NCBI GenBank assembly: GCA_036630325.1
Contig: CP142737.1
Coordinates: 682,001-746,000 of the forward strand
Direction of reading: 5' to 3'
DNA length: 64,000 nt
From: Vairimorpha necatrix
Taxonomy: Eukaryota
Shown: positions 25,301 through 37,250 of the stretch, piece by piece
Position numbering within the stretch: position 1 is the stretch's first letter
Layout: each line of letters starts with the position of its first letter
Position numbers and translations under genes: made by a program
The notes under the pieces: generated by a model
Database searches by the model: none
What the model was told of the DNA's origin: nothing
What the model saw: the letters and a program-made list of their open reading frames with translations, nothing else

Positions 25301-28300
25301 TTATTAGAGAGATGATTAATGTTTAGACTTAAGAGTTTTATGTTATCTTTATTCTTTTTATTTACTTTACTAGATTTCATTAGTTCTTTTCTATTATCAT
25401 TTAAACTTTAAAGCCTTTAGCTTCAACTGTCTTAATCAATAAATTTGCGTATAGTTTTTCAACTATTATTTTTGTAAAAGAAGTGTCTCTTCGTCTATAC
25501 TTTCTTGCTGTAATGATGGAATTCTCCAAGGAGAGTTCTTCTTACATAAGTCTTTAAGGAGATCTTTCACTCCATAAGGAATTCTTTGTATCTTGACAAT
25601 ACAATATTGTTCTTGTACTTTCTTCCACCACATATTCTTTCTAATAGAAAAATATTTGAGACTATTTAGTCTTGTTGGCGTTTTAAAAGTATTTTTAATC
25701 TGATTAAATCCAATTGAATTATGAATTTTTTTATTTAAAGATTTAAAAATAGATTTTCTGTTATAAGAAAATAGTTTCCTATAATAGCAGGACTTTAGTA
25801 AAGATACATTATTCATTATTAAAGTCCTTGGATTCTCGGGCAGGCTCACCCATCATATTTTCTAAATAAATGAAAGATTCATGGTTTGGTTTTTCTTTAT
25901 TTAATTCTTTAGTTATGTACCTACATGCTTTCACAAGTGGTACAAACTTTTTATGTGTTCCGGAGAGTCTCAGTAGTTCTCCTAGAACAATTTATTTATT
26001 AGAAGATAAGAATCCAGCGAAGAATTCTTCATCATCGCAGATGTCGGAACCTACAAATCTTTATTTAATTTTTTTAAGTACCTTTTGGCACACGTTTTCT
26101 CTAATCATCATGAGTACTACTTCTGACTCTTTAAATTGTTTTATAAGAGTGATATCTTTGCTTTGCACTTCCATCATCGCTGCCCAGGCATCTCTAGATT
26201 GGGGTTTCCCGTCCAAACCGAGTCCAGACACAAGAGCTAACTTGAACTTGCATTTAGAGATGTATCTACCACCCTTAATAATTTTCATGAGAGCTTCGTC
26301 TGATAGCCCCTCAGCCCAGTTTTTCTTTGGTAAAACTGAGCTTCCCCTTTTCTGAGATTTCTCACCTTTTTTGTTCTCCATTTTGGGGGTATAATTTTTT
26401 TTACGATTTTGTAATCTTTCTTTTTTCATGATCTTTTTTAGGAATGATAAATTTTCTCCTTAAAACTTCATAAATAGTATTTTTGGGCACTTTTAAATTG
26501 CCACTAGTTTCTACTTCAAGTGATTTAAATCTATTAAAGTTGGTTTTATTTGTGGTTTTACCACTTCTGTTTTTCTTCAAGTCTATCTGGACTTTGGGCT
26601 TGAATGTGTGTTTGACAGATGTCCATCCGTCTTCATTTGTATGGTAAAGTTTTACTCCATTCTTAGGAGCTTTTCTTTTACCAGCTATAATAGCAGAGAT
26701 AGTTGACAGATGTCTAACTACTGCTTTTTACTTAAAAGAAGCTATATCTAGCTTAACATCTTTTGTTTTAATATTTTTATTAATTATAGTATTTGTAGAT
26801 GTCTTTGAAACATCTATACATTTTCATTTGCCATCTTCGGACAATCGATCTTCTTCTTCTACTTTGACAGTAGAGTCGATGTTTTTGACATTAATCAAAA
26901 AATCTTCCTTTATAATTTCTAATTTAGAAATATCATTATTTCCAGTAGCTAACTGAAAAGTTTCGCTACTGGTATCATTTGGAACATCGGAGTTATTATC
27001 CTTTTGTTCTACACATTCTTTTGAGTGATTCTCAATCATTATGTGGTATAATGGATCATACCACATGATTGTTAAAAACCAATAAATACTTAAACGCTGA
27101 TGCTTCTTCGGAACGATCAGTTATGGTCGACTATTATTGGTCAGCCAAATCTTATTTCTTCCTATTGGTTACCATGTATATAAATAAAGAAATTCCATGA
27201 ACAAACATGGTACAACTACAAACACTCTTCCTTCTACAAATCAGATAAATAAAACTCTTTCCATAACAATAAACAATCCTTTCACTCTAACTCTTTTAAC
27301 TCCGGTTTTCACGGCTCCCCAAACCGTAGCATCATTGAATGCTTTCTTTCTACAGGCAAGCTCCCCGGTAAACACGCCACATTATCTCAATTTTATTTTT
27401 TGATGCTTCAGTAATTTGATCACTGTCATCCATCAGATTATTTTTAATAAAATTTTTTAGTTTGATGTTTAGTCTTTCTAGCTCGTCATGGAAGAGCTCT
27501 GTTGTACCTCCTGCGGAAGTACAACTCCAATAAAGATAAGTTAAACCTATAATGTTTATTTCTTATATCTTCCATACCCCTAAGTATGGAATTTTCTTTT
27601 ATATTTTTTTATTGTTTATTTACAGGGCAAACAAATCAAGAAATGTCAAAAATGATATGTTTGACATGTGGGGTACCACATCCTACCCTCTTCTTTTAAT
27701 GTCTTTTATGTGGATCCAATTTCCTCCTTCGTTCACTCTGGCCCAGATTCCCTTGTTTCCAATTTCTTTGATTGTGTGTGGTCCTTTATACTGTTCATCC
27801 ATCTTACCTGCGTTGAATTCTTTAATAAATACTTTTTCGTTTATTTGTAATTTTTTATCATTATTAAGGTTTGGTATAATGGGAGTTGTTTTATTTTTAG
27901 GCTCTTTGTTGGTGGTTTGCCTTTTGAATGGGTCAAAGAAACTGTATTTTTTCTCCAGTTCGAATGGTGAGCATCCGATTTTTCTTTTATAATTGACGTT
28001 TAGCTTGATGTTGATTTTATTTGTTGTTTCTCTGATGTTATTAGATCTATTCATTCTTAAGCACTCAGCTATTATGCTGTTTTGTCTTTCGGCCATTCCG
28101 TTACTTTGTGGATGATATATTGGGGTGTTTATAAGTTTAATTCCCCTACAGTTTCCGTATTTTTCTTTTAGTTTTTTGCCTGTGAATTGAGTGCCGTTGT
28201 CCATGATAATTTTTTCCGGCTGTTGGAATTCTTGTATCCATTTATCTATACATTTTATTATGGTATCTTCCGTGATGTTTTACAGTAGGTATACCCTTGA

Positions 28301-28797
28301 GACTCTTGAATAGACATCTGTTATGGACAGATAATATGCCTTGTGATGAATATCTTCATAAATGAAGTTTTCGAGTTCAAATGGTCCAAATATGTCCATT
28401 GCAACCGTTCCGTACATTTTATCGGAGGTTATTTGTAATTTCTGAATTTTTACTTTTTCTTTCTTGTTTAGGTTGCATATTTTGCAGTTTTTTGTTACAT
28501 TAATTATCTTGCTTTTTATTCCGTTGATGCTGTAAAAGGGAGATAAATTTTTGTTCAATACGACTATTCCTGGGTGACCAGCAATTTCATGTATCTTTTT
28601 TAGAAAGTTTTCGGATTCGGAGTTTTTAATTATTATTTTATCATCTTTGTTCTTTTTCCAGTTTTTTGTCCCAGATTTATTTTCAGATATTTTCTCTGCA
28701 TATAAGTCTATTGTATTTATTAGATCGTTTTCGTACTTAGCTTTTTCTGTTCTGAAACATCTTGATAGATGATCTGCTACGGTGTTGTCTTCATTAG

Positions 28798-31700
28798 TGT
28801 GATGACTTTTATTAATGAATGTGAAACATCATCACATTAATCATTTAGTTTATAATATTTTCTCAAACTAAATGTCATTCATTTGTTTGTTTGTTTACAA
28901 ACAATTAAATATTTAAAATATTTAAAAATAGCCCCTCACCAAAAAAAAAAAGGATGATGAACCATAAAAATAATAAATCTCAAAATAGTAAAAATAACAT
29001 GTACAAACAACAATTAAATAATCTCATTGAGACGTACCTCCGCTTGGGGTACGTCAAGTTGAATTCAACGAGTGAAATCCCAAGCAAGGTGAAACTGTCG
29101 AAATACCAAGGGAAGCAGGCAGAAAAACTAAAAGGAAAATATATTACATTTGAAACCAAAATAGAAGGTTTAGAACAAAGGTTCACTACAGACATCTATT
29201 ACATTGAAGATATACGGTCAATAGATATTATAGAATGGTTAAAAGAGATCGAGAAAATCTCAGAAGAAAACCAATGGAATTCTAAACAGCTCATGATGGT
29301 AATTAGGAAAATGAGTAAAGACTCATTGATCGAGCAAGAGAGGATAGTGGAAGATTTTTTCTCCACACGCGATTATCTGATCGGTCTTAGATTTCCGATA
29401 GAACATAGCAGAAGCATATTAACAGAACTAGCTTCTATTAAACAATTAAGCTATGAAACCATCCAAGAATACATCCAAGAAATTAAAGAACTAGTTAACA
29501 TTTATGCCGTAATAAATAAACTCTCAAAAACAGAGTTCAATAGACGAGTAGAAGAGACTTTTTACAATGGACTTGGTCCATATACAGATGGAGAGCTTTT
29601 CAAGCATGATTTTAAAGACTATAAAGATGCAATTAGATTTCTTTACACGTTAGAAAAGAAAATAGTATCTAAACAAGTAATACTAGAGAAGAAAGTTTTA
29701 GATCCTATAAGGAAAGAACCCTATAAAGGGACTTTAGAGGTAGTAAGCAATAACAAGTGGTGCAAATACCACAAGAAGAATGATCACGATTCAAAGGATT
29801 GCGAGACTTACCAGAAATTTATAAACGAAAAAATTAAGAATAGGGATGAAAAACAGAAAGGAGAGACTAGGAACTTGATTATTAGCGAGAAAGGAATAAA
29901 TACTAAAACACCCGAACTACAAGGGGTAATTAAAAAATACCAAACGTCATTTTTTATGGACTCGGGAGCTTCAAGGAACTTCATAAAAAGAGAAGTTGCC
30001 CTTAAGCTAAAAATACCTATCGTCGAGGATTCTCCAATAACTATAAAATACGGAAATGATGACATGGAAGAGTGTACTGAGACAGTTAATGAGGAAATTA
30101 AAATAATAGGAGCTAAGTCAAGCCACGTAGTTAAATTTTACTTACTGAATAACTTACCAGTCGAATTTGTATTAGGAAACGAATTTCTTAGTAGTAACGA
30201 AGTAATAATGAATTATAAGAATCAGACTATAATAATCAACGGTGATGTGATCAGTACAAAGAACCAAGAAGACAGTGAATCAGACATCGAAGATTTAGAT
30301 AAAATTTTAATTGAAAGCCTGTGTCTGTCTTTAGAAAATCTTAATAACGACGAATTAAAACGTTATATTTATTCATATGTAAAAACCAATTCTTCTTATA
30401 AACAAATAAAAATAGCACCGATAGAAATAAGGATGAGACAAGACATTAAAACACCTAAACCAAAATTCTACAGTGTTCCACATAAACATACAGTCGGAGC
30501 TAAACGAGAACTACGAAGGTTACTAGAAAATGATATAATCGAACTCTCAGATTCGCCATATGCCAGCCCGGCATTTTTAATAGAAAAAAAGAATAAAGAT
30601 TTGAGACTGGTGGTCGATTATAGAGAAATAAACGAATATGTCATAGATGAGGTTGCGGCAATACCCAATATAACAGAAAATATTATGCAAATGGGAAGCG
30701 CTAAATGGTATACAAAAATCGATCTGAAGAACGGTTTCAACCAACTATACATAAAACCCGAAAGTCGGAAATTTACGGCGTTTACATTATTGGGAAGACA
30801 ATACCAATACAAAAGGGTCCCATTTGGAATTCGTTCAGGACCTTAAATTTTTCAAAAAACAATCATCAAAATACTAGAAGACATAGATAATATATTTGTT
30901 TACATTGATGATATAATAGCCTTTTCACCAGACCTTAAAAGTCATATAAAAACCGTGTCAAAAATTTTAAGAAGACTCAAAAGTTATGAAGTAGCAATAA
31001 ATTTTGAAAAAAGCGAGTTTTTTACTAATAATACCACGATACTAGGAAACGTGATTTGTGAAAATACTATGAAACCAGAACTAACGAGCATTCAGAAATT
31101 GTTAGCACTCAGAAACCCTAAATCAAAAAAGGAGCTGCAAAGAATAATTGGCATAATGAACTGGTACAGACCTTATGTTTCTAACTTGAGTGATAAAATT
31201 GCGAACATTACAGAACTGCTTAAGAACACAAATACAGGAATACTTTGGACTGACAAACACAAAGATATAGTAGCGCAAATCGCAGTTGATATTAGTAAAG
31301 CTACACTTAAGTTACCAGACTACACGAAGAAATTTGTTATACAGTGCGACGCTTCGAATAATGGCATAGGAGGTGTACTCTTTCAAGAAGGAGGAATACT
31401 TGGATACTACAGCAAAAGCTAAACAGTACCGAAAAGAACTATTCAATAGTCGAAAAGGAATTATTTGCTATTATTAAGACGTTAAATCATTTCAGAAATA
31501 TCATATTAGGTTACTATGTAGAGGTATCTACTGATAATAAAAACTGTTTACTACCGAACAAGCAAATATCTAGCAGGATTGAAAGGTGGAAGTTAATATT
31601 GAACCAGTTCAATATCAAAATAACGTCCATATCTGGCACAAAGAACGTAATAGCTGACAGCTTATCTAGAAATTTGATATTAACGACAAGTCAAGAAGTT

Positions 31701-33016
31701 ATAGACAAAACGAGATACTTAAATGAACTTAATCAGTTCGTTATGAAAACAAAAGAAACCCCCAATATTTGGGCTAAAGACAAGAAAAACAGAATAATAA
31801 TAGATAATGATCAGTCAAGGAATTTTTTGGATTATATGCATCGAAGAACTATACACGTTGGATCTACAATTCTTTACAATAATATTAAGCATATATTCAA
31901 AGTTACAGGTGTAAAAAAGTTAATTAAAGAAATTACAAGTAACTGTATCAATTGCATCAGAACGAAAAATAATAAGAAAAAAAACCGATCTTATAATAGT
32001 ATTGTAGCCTCTGCACCATTCGAAAAGATATCGAGTGACATCTATGGACCATTTAGTCTAGAGAACTACATACATAACGGTACATGTCATAAGGGATATT
32101 ATATCACTATTATAGACGTATATACGAGAACGCTAAGAGTATACTTTACATATAAGGTTACAGCGGAGCGTATAATTACATGTATTAAAGACTGGATAGA
32201 AGTTTATGGAAGGCCTAAGACCTTTATATCTGATAATGGAACTCAATATGATTCAGAGAAGTTAATTAAATATTGTGCAGAGCACGAAATACAAAAGATA
32301 GCAACTCCTATATATCACCCAAGTAGTAATGGTATCAGTGAGAGGCTGAACCAAACAATCACGCAATGCCTCAGGTTATATAAAGGTAGAAATCTGAAAT
32401 CAGTATCAGAAGGAATCCACATAAGACATAACCACAACTATAATACTGCACTTAAAGTATCTCCAACTACCTTTTTAATAGGACACAGTCCATATGATCC
32501 TTTCGGGATTAAAAGTGATAAATTACAAACTAGCTGTAGAGAAAATACCGAGAAGTCGGGCGGAAATAGGAAGTCCCCAGTTTTCAAAATAGGTCAACAA
32601 GTTTTCGTGAGAAACTTTAAAGCAAAGAAATTAGATGATCAATATTTAGGACCGGTGACAGTAACTAACGCAGGAAAGAAAGGAAAGTGGTATAAGTTAG
32701 AGGGATTTGAAAATGAAATACATGAAGATGACATCAAATTCGGCGGAGTGGGCAGGATGTGATGACTTTTATTAATGAATGTGAAACATCATCACATTAA
32801 TCATTTAGTTTATAATATTTTCTCAAACTAAATGTCATTCATTTGTTTGTTTGTTTACAAACAATTAAATATTTAAAATATTTAAAAATAGCCCCTCACC
32901 AAAAAAAAAAAGGATGATGAACCATAAAAATAATAAATCTCAAAATAGTAAAAATAACATGTACAAACAACAATTAAATAATCTCATTGAGACGTACCTC
33001 CGCTTGGGGTACGTCA
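28798..33016 (+). mobile_element. Ty3/gypsy LTR retrotransposon nested in the 27500-35822 element
   Basis: Identical 259-bp LTRs 28798-29056 and 32758-33016 (TG..CA); TSD attag 28793-28797 and 33017-33021; PPT ggagtgggcagga. Confidence 0.97.
28954..32762 (+). pseudogene. Gag-Pol of the 28798-33016 element
   Basis: WCKYHKKNDHDSKDC, MDSGA, VDYREIN, YIDD, QCDASNNG, HRRTIHVG..CINC, SDNGTQY; in-frame TAA 30844-30846 and frameshift ~31420. Confidence 0.93.
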
Positions 33017-35869
33017 ATTAGCTATTTGTTTTATACTGTAGTTGTATTCTAGCATCATCGCGTCCCATCTTTCTATTCTTCTGCTTATTTTGCTTTTAAA
33101 AAGGCAGTTCCTATTATCCGTGTGTATTTCTACATAATTTCCAAGTATAATGTTTCTACATTTGTCCATTGCGTAGACTATCGCGAAGTATTCTTTCTCT
33201 ACTATTGTGTAGTTTCTTTCTGTTTTATTGAACTTCATGCTTATATTTAGTATTATTCCGTGTTCCTGTGATAATACTGCTCCCATTCCGAGTTCTGAGG
33301 CGTCGCAGTGTAGTGTAAATTTTTTGCTATAGTCTGGTAGTACTAGGTAGCTTTTATTTTTTAGTTTGTCTATTAGCTTATTTATCGTTGAATTGTCTTC
33401 TTTAGTTAGTTTAACTATCTGTTCTTTCCCTTTTAGTTTTTCTGTTAAATTTAAAATTTCTAAGCTTAAATTTGGGATGTATTTCCTATACCAATTGAAT
33501 ATTCCTATTATTTTCTGTAGGTCTTTTTTGGTTTTACATTTCATGTTTTCGATTAGTTTACTGTCTTTAGTGAGAGGGTACATTTTACCGTTAAAGATTC
33601 TTGTTCCTAGAATTTCTGTGTCTTTGGTGCAGAATTCTGATTTAGCGAAGTTTACAATTACGTTGTGCTTCTGTAGCCTTGTAAATAATTCTTTGAGTGT
33701 GTTCAGATGAGACTCGTAGTCCTTCGTGGCTATAATTATGTCGTCTATGTATACCGATATATTTTTGATTCCGAAGAGTATTTTGGTTCATTGTTTTCTG
33801 GAATGCTTTGGGGCCATTTTTTAATCCGAAAGGGAGTCTTTTGTATCTGAATGTTTTGCCGAATATAGAGAATGCTGTCCATTTCCTGCTTTCTTCTGTT
33901 AGGAGTAATTGGTTAAATCCATTCGTCAGGTCCAATTTGCTTATTACTTCGCTTTTTCCGATTTGATAAATGATATCGTCCATCTTTGGAATTATTTCTA
34001 CTTCGTCTTCGATAAAGTTATTAATTTCTCTGTAGTCTATTACTAGTCTTATCTTGCCGTTTTTCTTTTTCTTAAAGAATGCGGGGCTGGTGTTCCTTTC
34101 GTTGCATTCCTCGATTATATTAGAGTCCAATAGTCGTTCTATTTCTAGTATTGCGTCTTCTTTGTAGTTTGAAGGTACTGCATAATTAATTTTCTTAAGC
34201 TTTATGTTGTTTTTAGACACTTGTAATTTGACTTGATCTGTGTTTATTGGGTCGCTTTCTTTAATTTTGCTTTTATAGTCATCTATGATTTTATGTAATC
34301 TTGCTTCATCTTTTGTAATGAGTGTTTTCTCAAAAGGTTTTTGGAATTCTGTTTCTTCTTGATTAGTTTTCATACTCATGGTTGAGTTGTTCCAAATTAT
34401 TTTCCTTCTTGTAAAGTCAAGTATAATTTCATTTCTCGATATAAAGTCTCTGCCAAGTAATATATTAACCGGTAAGTTTTGTAATAGATATAATTCTATT
34501 TTACATGTTTCGTTTTTCCCCTTCGGCTGTAATTCTAATTCTATTAACGTACTGGTGGTTTCGTTTGATTTATTTCCAAACATTACCTGGATCTCTTTAC
34601 TTTCTCTGGTGGTAAGATTCCATTGTTCTACGAGGTCTGCTTTGATGAAGTTTAATCCTGCTCCACAGTCTAGAGTTCCTGTTGACTCGTGTTTCTTATT
34701 GATTATGAGTGGAATGTCGAGTTGTTCGACAATAGTAGGATTTTCTAAAATAACGTAGTTTAAAGAGTTTTTATTTTCTCTGGGTTCTGAAATCTTCCTC
34801 GTTGTATTCTTTAGGTTCAAGTTGGTATCGGGAGCTACTGTCTTCTTGTTGAGGTTAAATTTTTCGTTTTTAACTTTGCTAATATTTGATCGATTTGTTT
34901 CGTTGCTTTGCCCGCAATCTCTCGTTGTATGTCCCAGAGTTTTGTGGACTTTACACCACTTTTTCATGAATCTTATACTTGAGATGTTGTTTATCTTCCT
35001 CGGTATGTTAAATCTTGTTATGATGTTTTCTTCCATTCTTTTCAGGGCTAATATGATTTCAAGTGGTGTTTCGAGGTTTTGTATCTCAAGATATCTTACC
35101 GTTTCTAAGTTAAGTCCTCTGTAAATGGATTCCTTTGATCTTCGTTCGTATTCTTTCTGGCTGCAATTAGATACCTTACTGTAGATGGTTACTCGTTTCA
35201 TGATTTCGTTTATGTAGTTATCAAAGAAAATGTAGTCAGTTTGTTTTAGATTATCCAGTTCTACTATTAAGTTCTCGACTCTCTTCTGTGAGAACACCTG
35301 TGAAATGATGTAGTTCTTGTTTTCTTCGTAGTTATCTTTCAAATTGGCTTTGTCTATAATCTGATCTTCAATGAGATCGAATAAAAATAGCTTTTTTGTC
35401 TCTTCGTTCCATTGATTCCTTTGGAAAATTTCTTCAATTTTCTTAAACCATCCTAGTAGATCGATTTCGTAGATATCGTCAATCATTTCTACATTTTTGG
35501 TGATTCCTAGGTCCACTTCACCTGTCTTAATTCTTATAGAGACTACTTTTGCTTCTTGAGTTTTAGAATTGTGTCCTGCGATTTCTTTTCCTCGCGTGGG
35601 TTGGAGTTCATGATGTTTGTACTCTCTTATTGAATTCAATCTGTCGTACCTCCTGCGGAAGTACAACTCCAATAAAGATAAGTTAAACCTATAATGTTTA
35701 TTTCTTATATCTTCCATACCCCTAAGTATGGAATTTTCTTTTATAATTTTTTATTGTTTATTTACAGGGCAAACAAATCAAGAAATGTCAAAAATGATAT
35801 GTTTGACATGTGAGATACCACAAGCTCCAAATATGTCTGCTGAATCAATACTAATTCAGTAGTGCTGGA

Positions 35870-37152
35870 TAAAAAAATAAAATAAAATAAAATTGTTTAT
35901 TGTAAAAAAAAGACAGAATCAGCAAAACGAACAAAAGCTTCCAAGCCACCAAAAACTCCACTAATAAAGAAAAAATCATCAATAAGTGCGCTTACACGCC
36001 AGCATACCTTAACGGCCTCGCTTGTAGGAGAAAAGTTTGTTCCCATAGGATACATCCTTAGTCATAATATGACTAGAGACCCACTTTCATGGGTCTGATG
36101 AAAAACGAAAACGCCTGGCTCAATACACCATTTAAGAACACGACTCAGTTCAGCGGAACAATACAGCATCAGTATCATGCCCGACCTCTCCCAGGTCAAA
36201 AGGTTGGTAAGACTTAGAAATTTGCACCTAAAAAAAAATTAAAATTAAAATTGTTTATTGTAAAAAAGACAGAATCAGCAAAACGAAGAAAAGCCACCAA
36301 GCCACCAAAAACTCCACCAACCAGAAAAACATCAATAATTGCGATTACACGCCAGCATACCTCAACGGCCTCGCTTGTAGGAGAAAAATTTGTTCCCGTA
36401 GGTAACAGAACCTTAGTCATCTCTGACTACAAATTTCGCGGACCTGACGAAAACACAACGCCTGGTTCAATACACCATTTAAGAACACGACTCAGTTCAG
36501 CGGAACAATACAGCTTCAGTATCATGCCCAACCTCTCCCAGGTTAAAAATATGAAGAATTACTCGAAAGTTAACGGTGTCCTTCTCACCAGCAATGGGTC
36601 TCCCACCCCTAGAGTATAGCTAAAAAAAAAATAAAAAAATAAAATTGTTTATTGTAAAAAAAAGACAGAATCAGCAAAACGAAGAAAAGCCTCCAAGCCA
36701 CCAAAAACTCCACCAACCAGAAAAACATCAATAATTGCGATTACACGCCAGCATACCTCAACGGCCTCGCTTGTAGGAGAAAAATTTGTTCCCGTAGGTA
36801 ACAGATCCTTAGTCATCTCTGACTACATATTTCGCGGACCTGACGAAAACACAACGCCTGGTTCAATACACCATTTAAGAACACGACTCAGTTCAGCGGA
36901 ACAATACAGCTTCAGTATCATGCCCAACCTCTCCCAGGTTAAAAATATGAAGAAATACTCGAAAGTTAACGGTGTTCTTCTCACCAGCAATGGGTCTCCC
37001 ACCCCTAGAGTATAGCTGACCCTACTTACCAACCAGCAGCCGAAGGTTGGTAAGACTTAGAGATCTGCACCAAAAAAAAAAAAATAAAATTGTTTATTGT
37101 AAAAAAGACAGAATCAGCAAAACGAAGAAAAGCCACCAAGCCACCAAAAACT
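35870..37152 (-). repeat. Tandem array of four units, rDNA-proximal part of the same repeat family
   Basis: Units ~35870-36228, 36229-36621, 36622-37071 and 37072-37152, near-identical to the 16815-18665 units. Confidence 0.95.
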
Positions 37153-37154
37153 TT

Positions 37155-37250
37155 AGAGATCTGCACCTAGTTAAAAAACATCGGTCCCACCCTCCGCGAC
37201 GTGGACGCTCTCTTATAGTATACAACACCTACTATGCATACAAAAAAAGC
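37155..37250 (-). ncRNA. Putative HDV/CPEB3-like self-cleaving ribozyme at the LSU rRNA 3' end
   Basis: P1 GCUUUUU/GGAGGGU, P2 AGAGA/UCUCU, P3 GCG/CGC, L3 UCCACGU, P1.1 CC/GG, P4 ACC..GUU-UUUU-AAC..GGU, J4/2 G-C-A-G-A; every element is in canonical order. Confidence 0.8.

Larger units (their letters stand above)
18751..25380 (-). pseudogene. LINE ORF2 (APE-RT-CCHC), two frameshifts and a gypsy insertion
   Basis: SLNINHL, LCLQETW, GDMN, SDH (APE); KAAGPDEI, NYRGISL, FIDFEKAYD, GVRQGCPCSPMLF, MFADD (RT); CFLCDGPQENLEHFLLEC. Frame breaks near 24270 and 22700. Confidence 0.92.
27683..35717 (-). pseudogene. Gag-Pol of the 27500-35822 element
   Basis: WCKVHKTLGHTTRDC, LDCGA, IDYREIN, LPFGLKNGP, HCDASELG and integrase DNGTQF; frameshift ~33780, in-frame stop at 28280, split by the 28798-33016 insertion. 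Confidence 0.92.
27500..35822 (-). mobile_element. Ty3/gypsy LTR retrotransposon, defective, inserted in the LINE 5' region
   Basis: 181-bp LTRs 27500-27680 and 35642-35822 (about 4 differences); TSD agctc 27495-27499 and 35823-35827; PPT gaagagggtagga 27681-27693. Confidence 0.96.
18666..35870 (-). mobile_element. APE-type non-LTR retrotransposon (LINE, ~5.5 kb net) interrupted by nested LTR elements
   Basis: ORF1 remnants (~25466-26429), APE, RT and C-terminal CCHC finger. Own segments are ~18666-19059, 22437-27499 and 35828-35870; outer boundaries taken from the junctions with the repeat array. Confidence 0.85.

Noticed and set aside
19104-35124. Numerous short ORFs antisense to retroelement genes
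   Set aside because: Shadows of long AT-rich coding frames with no motifs
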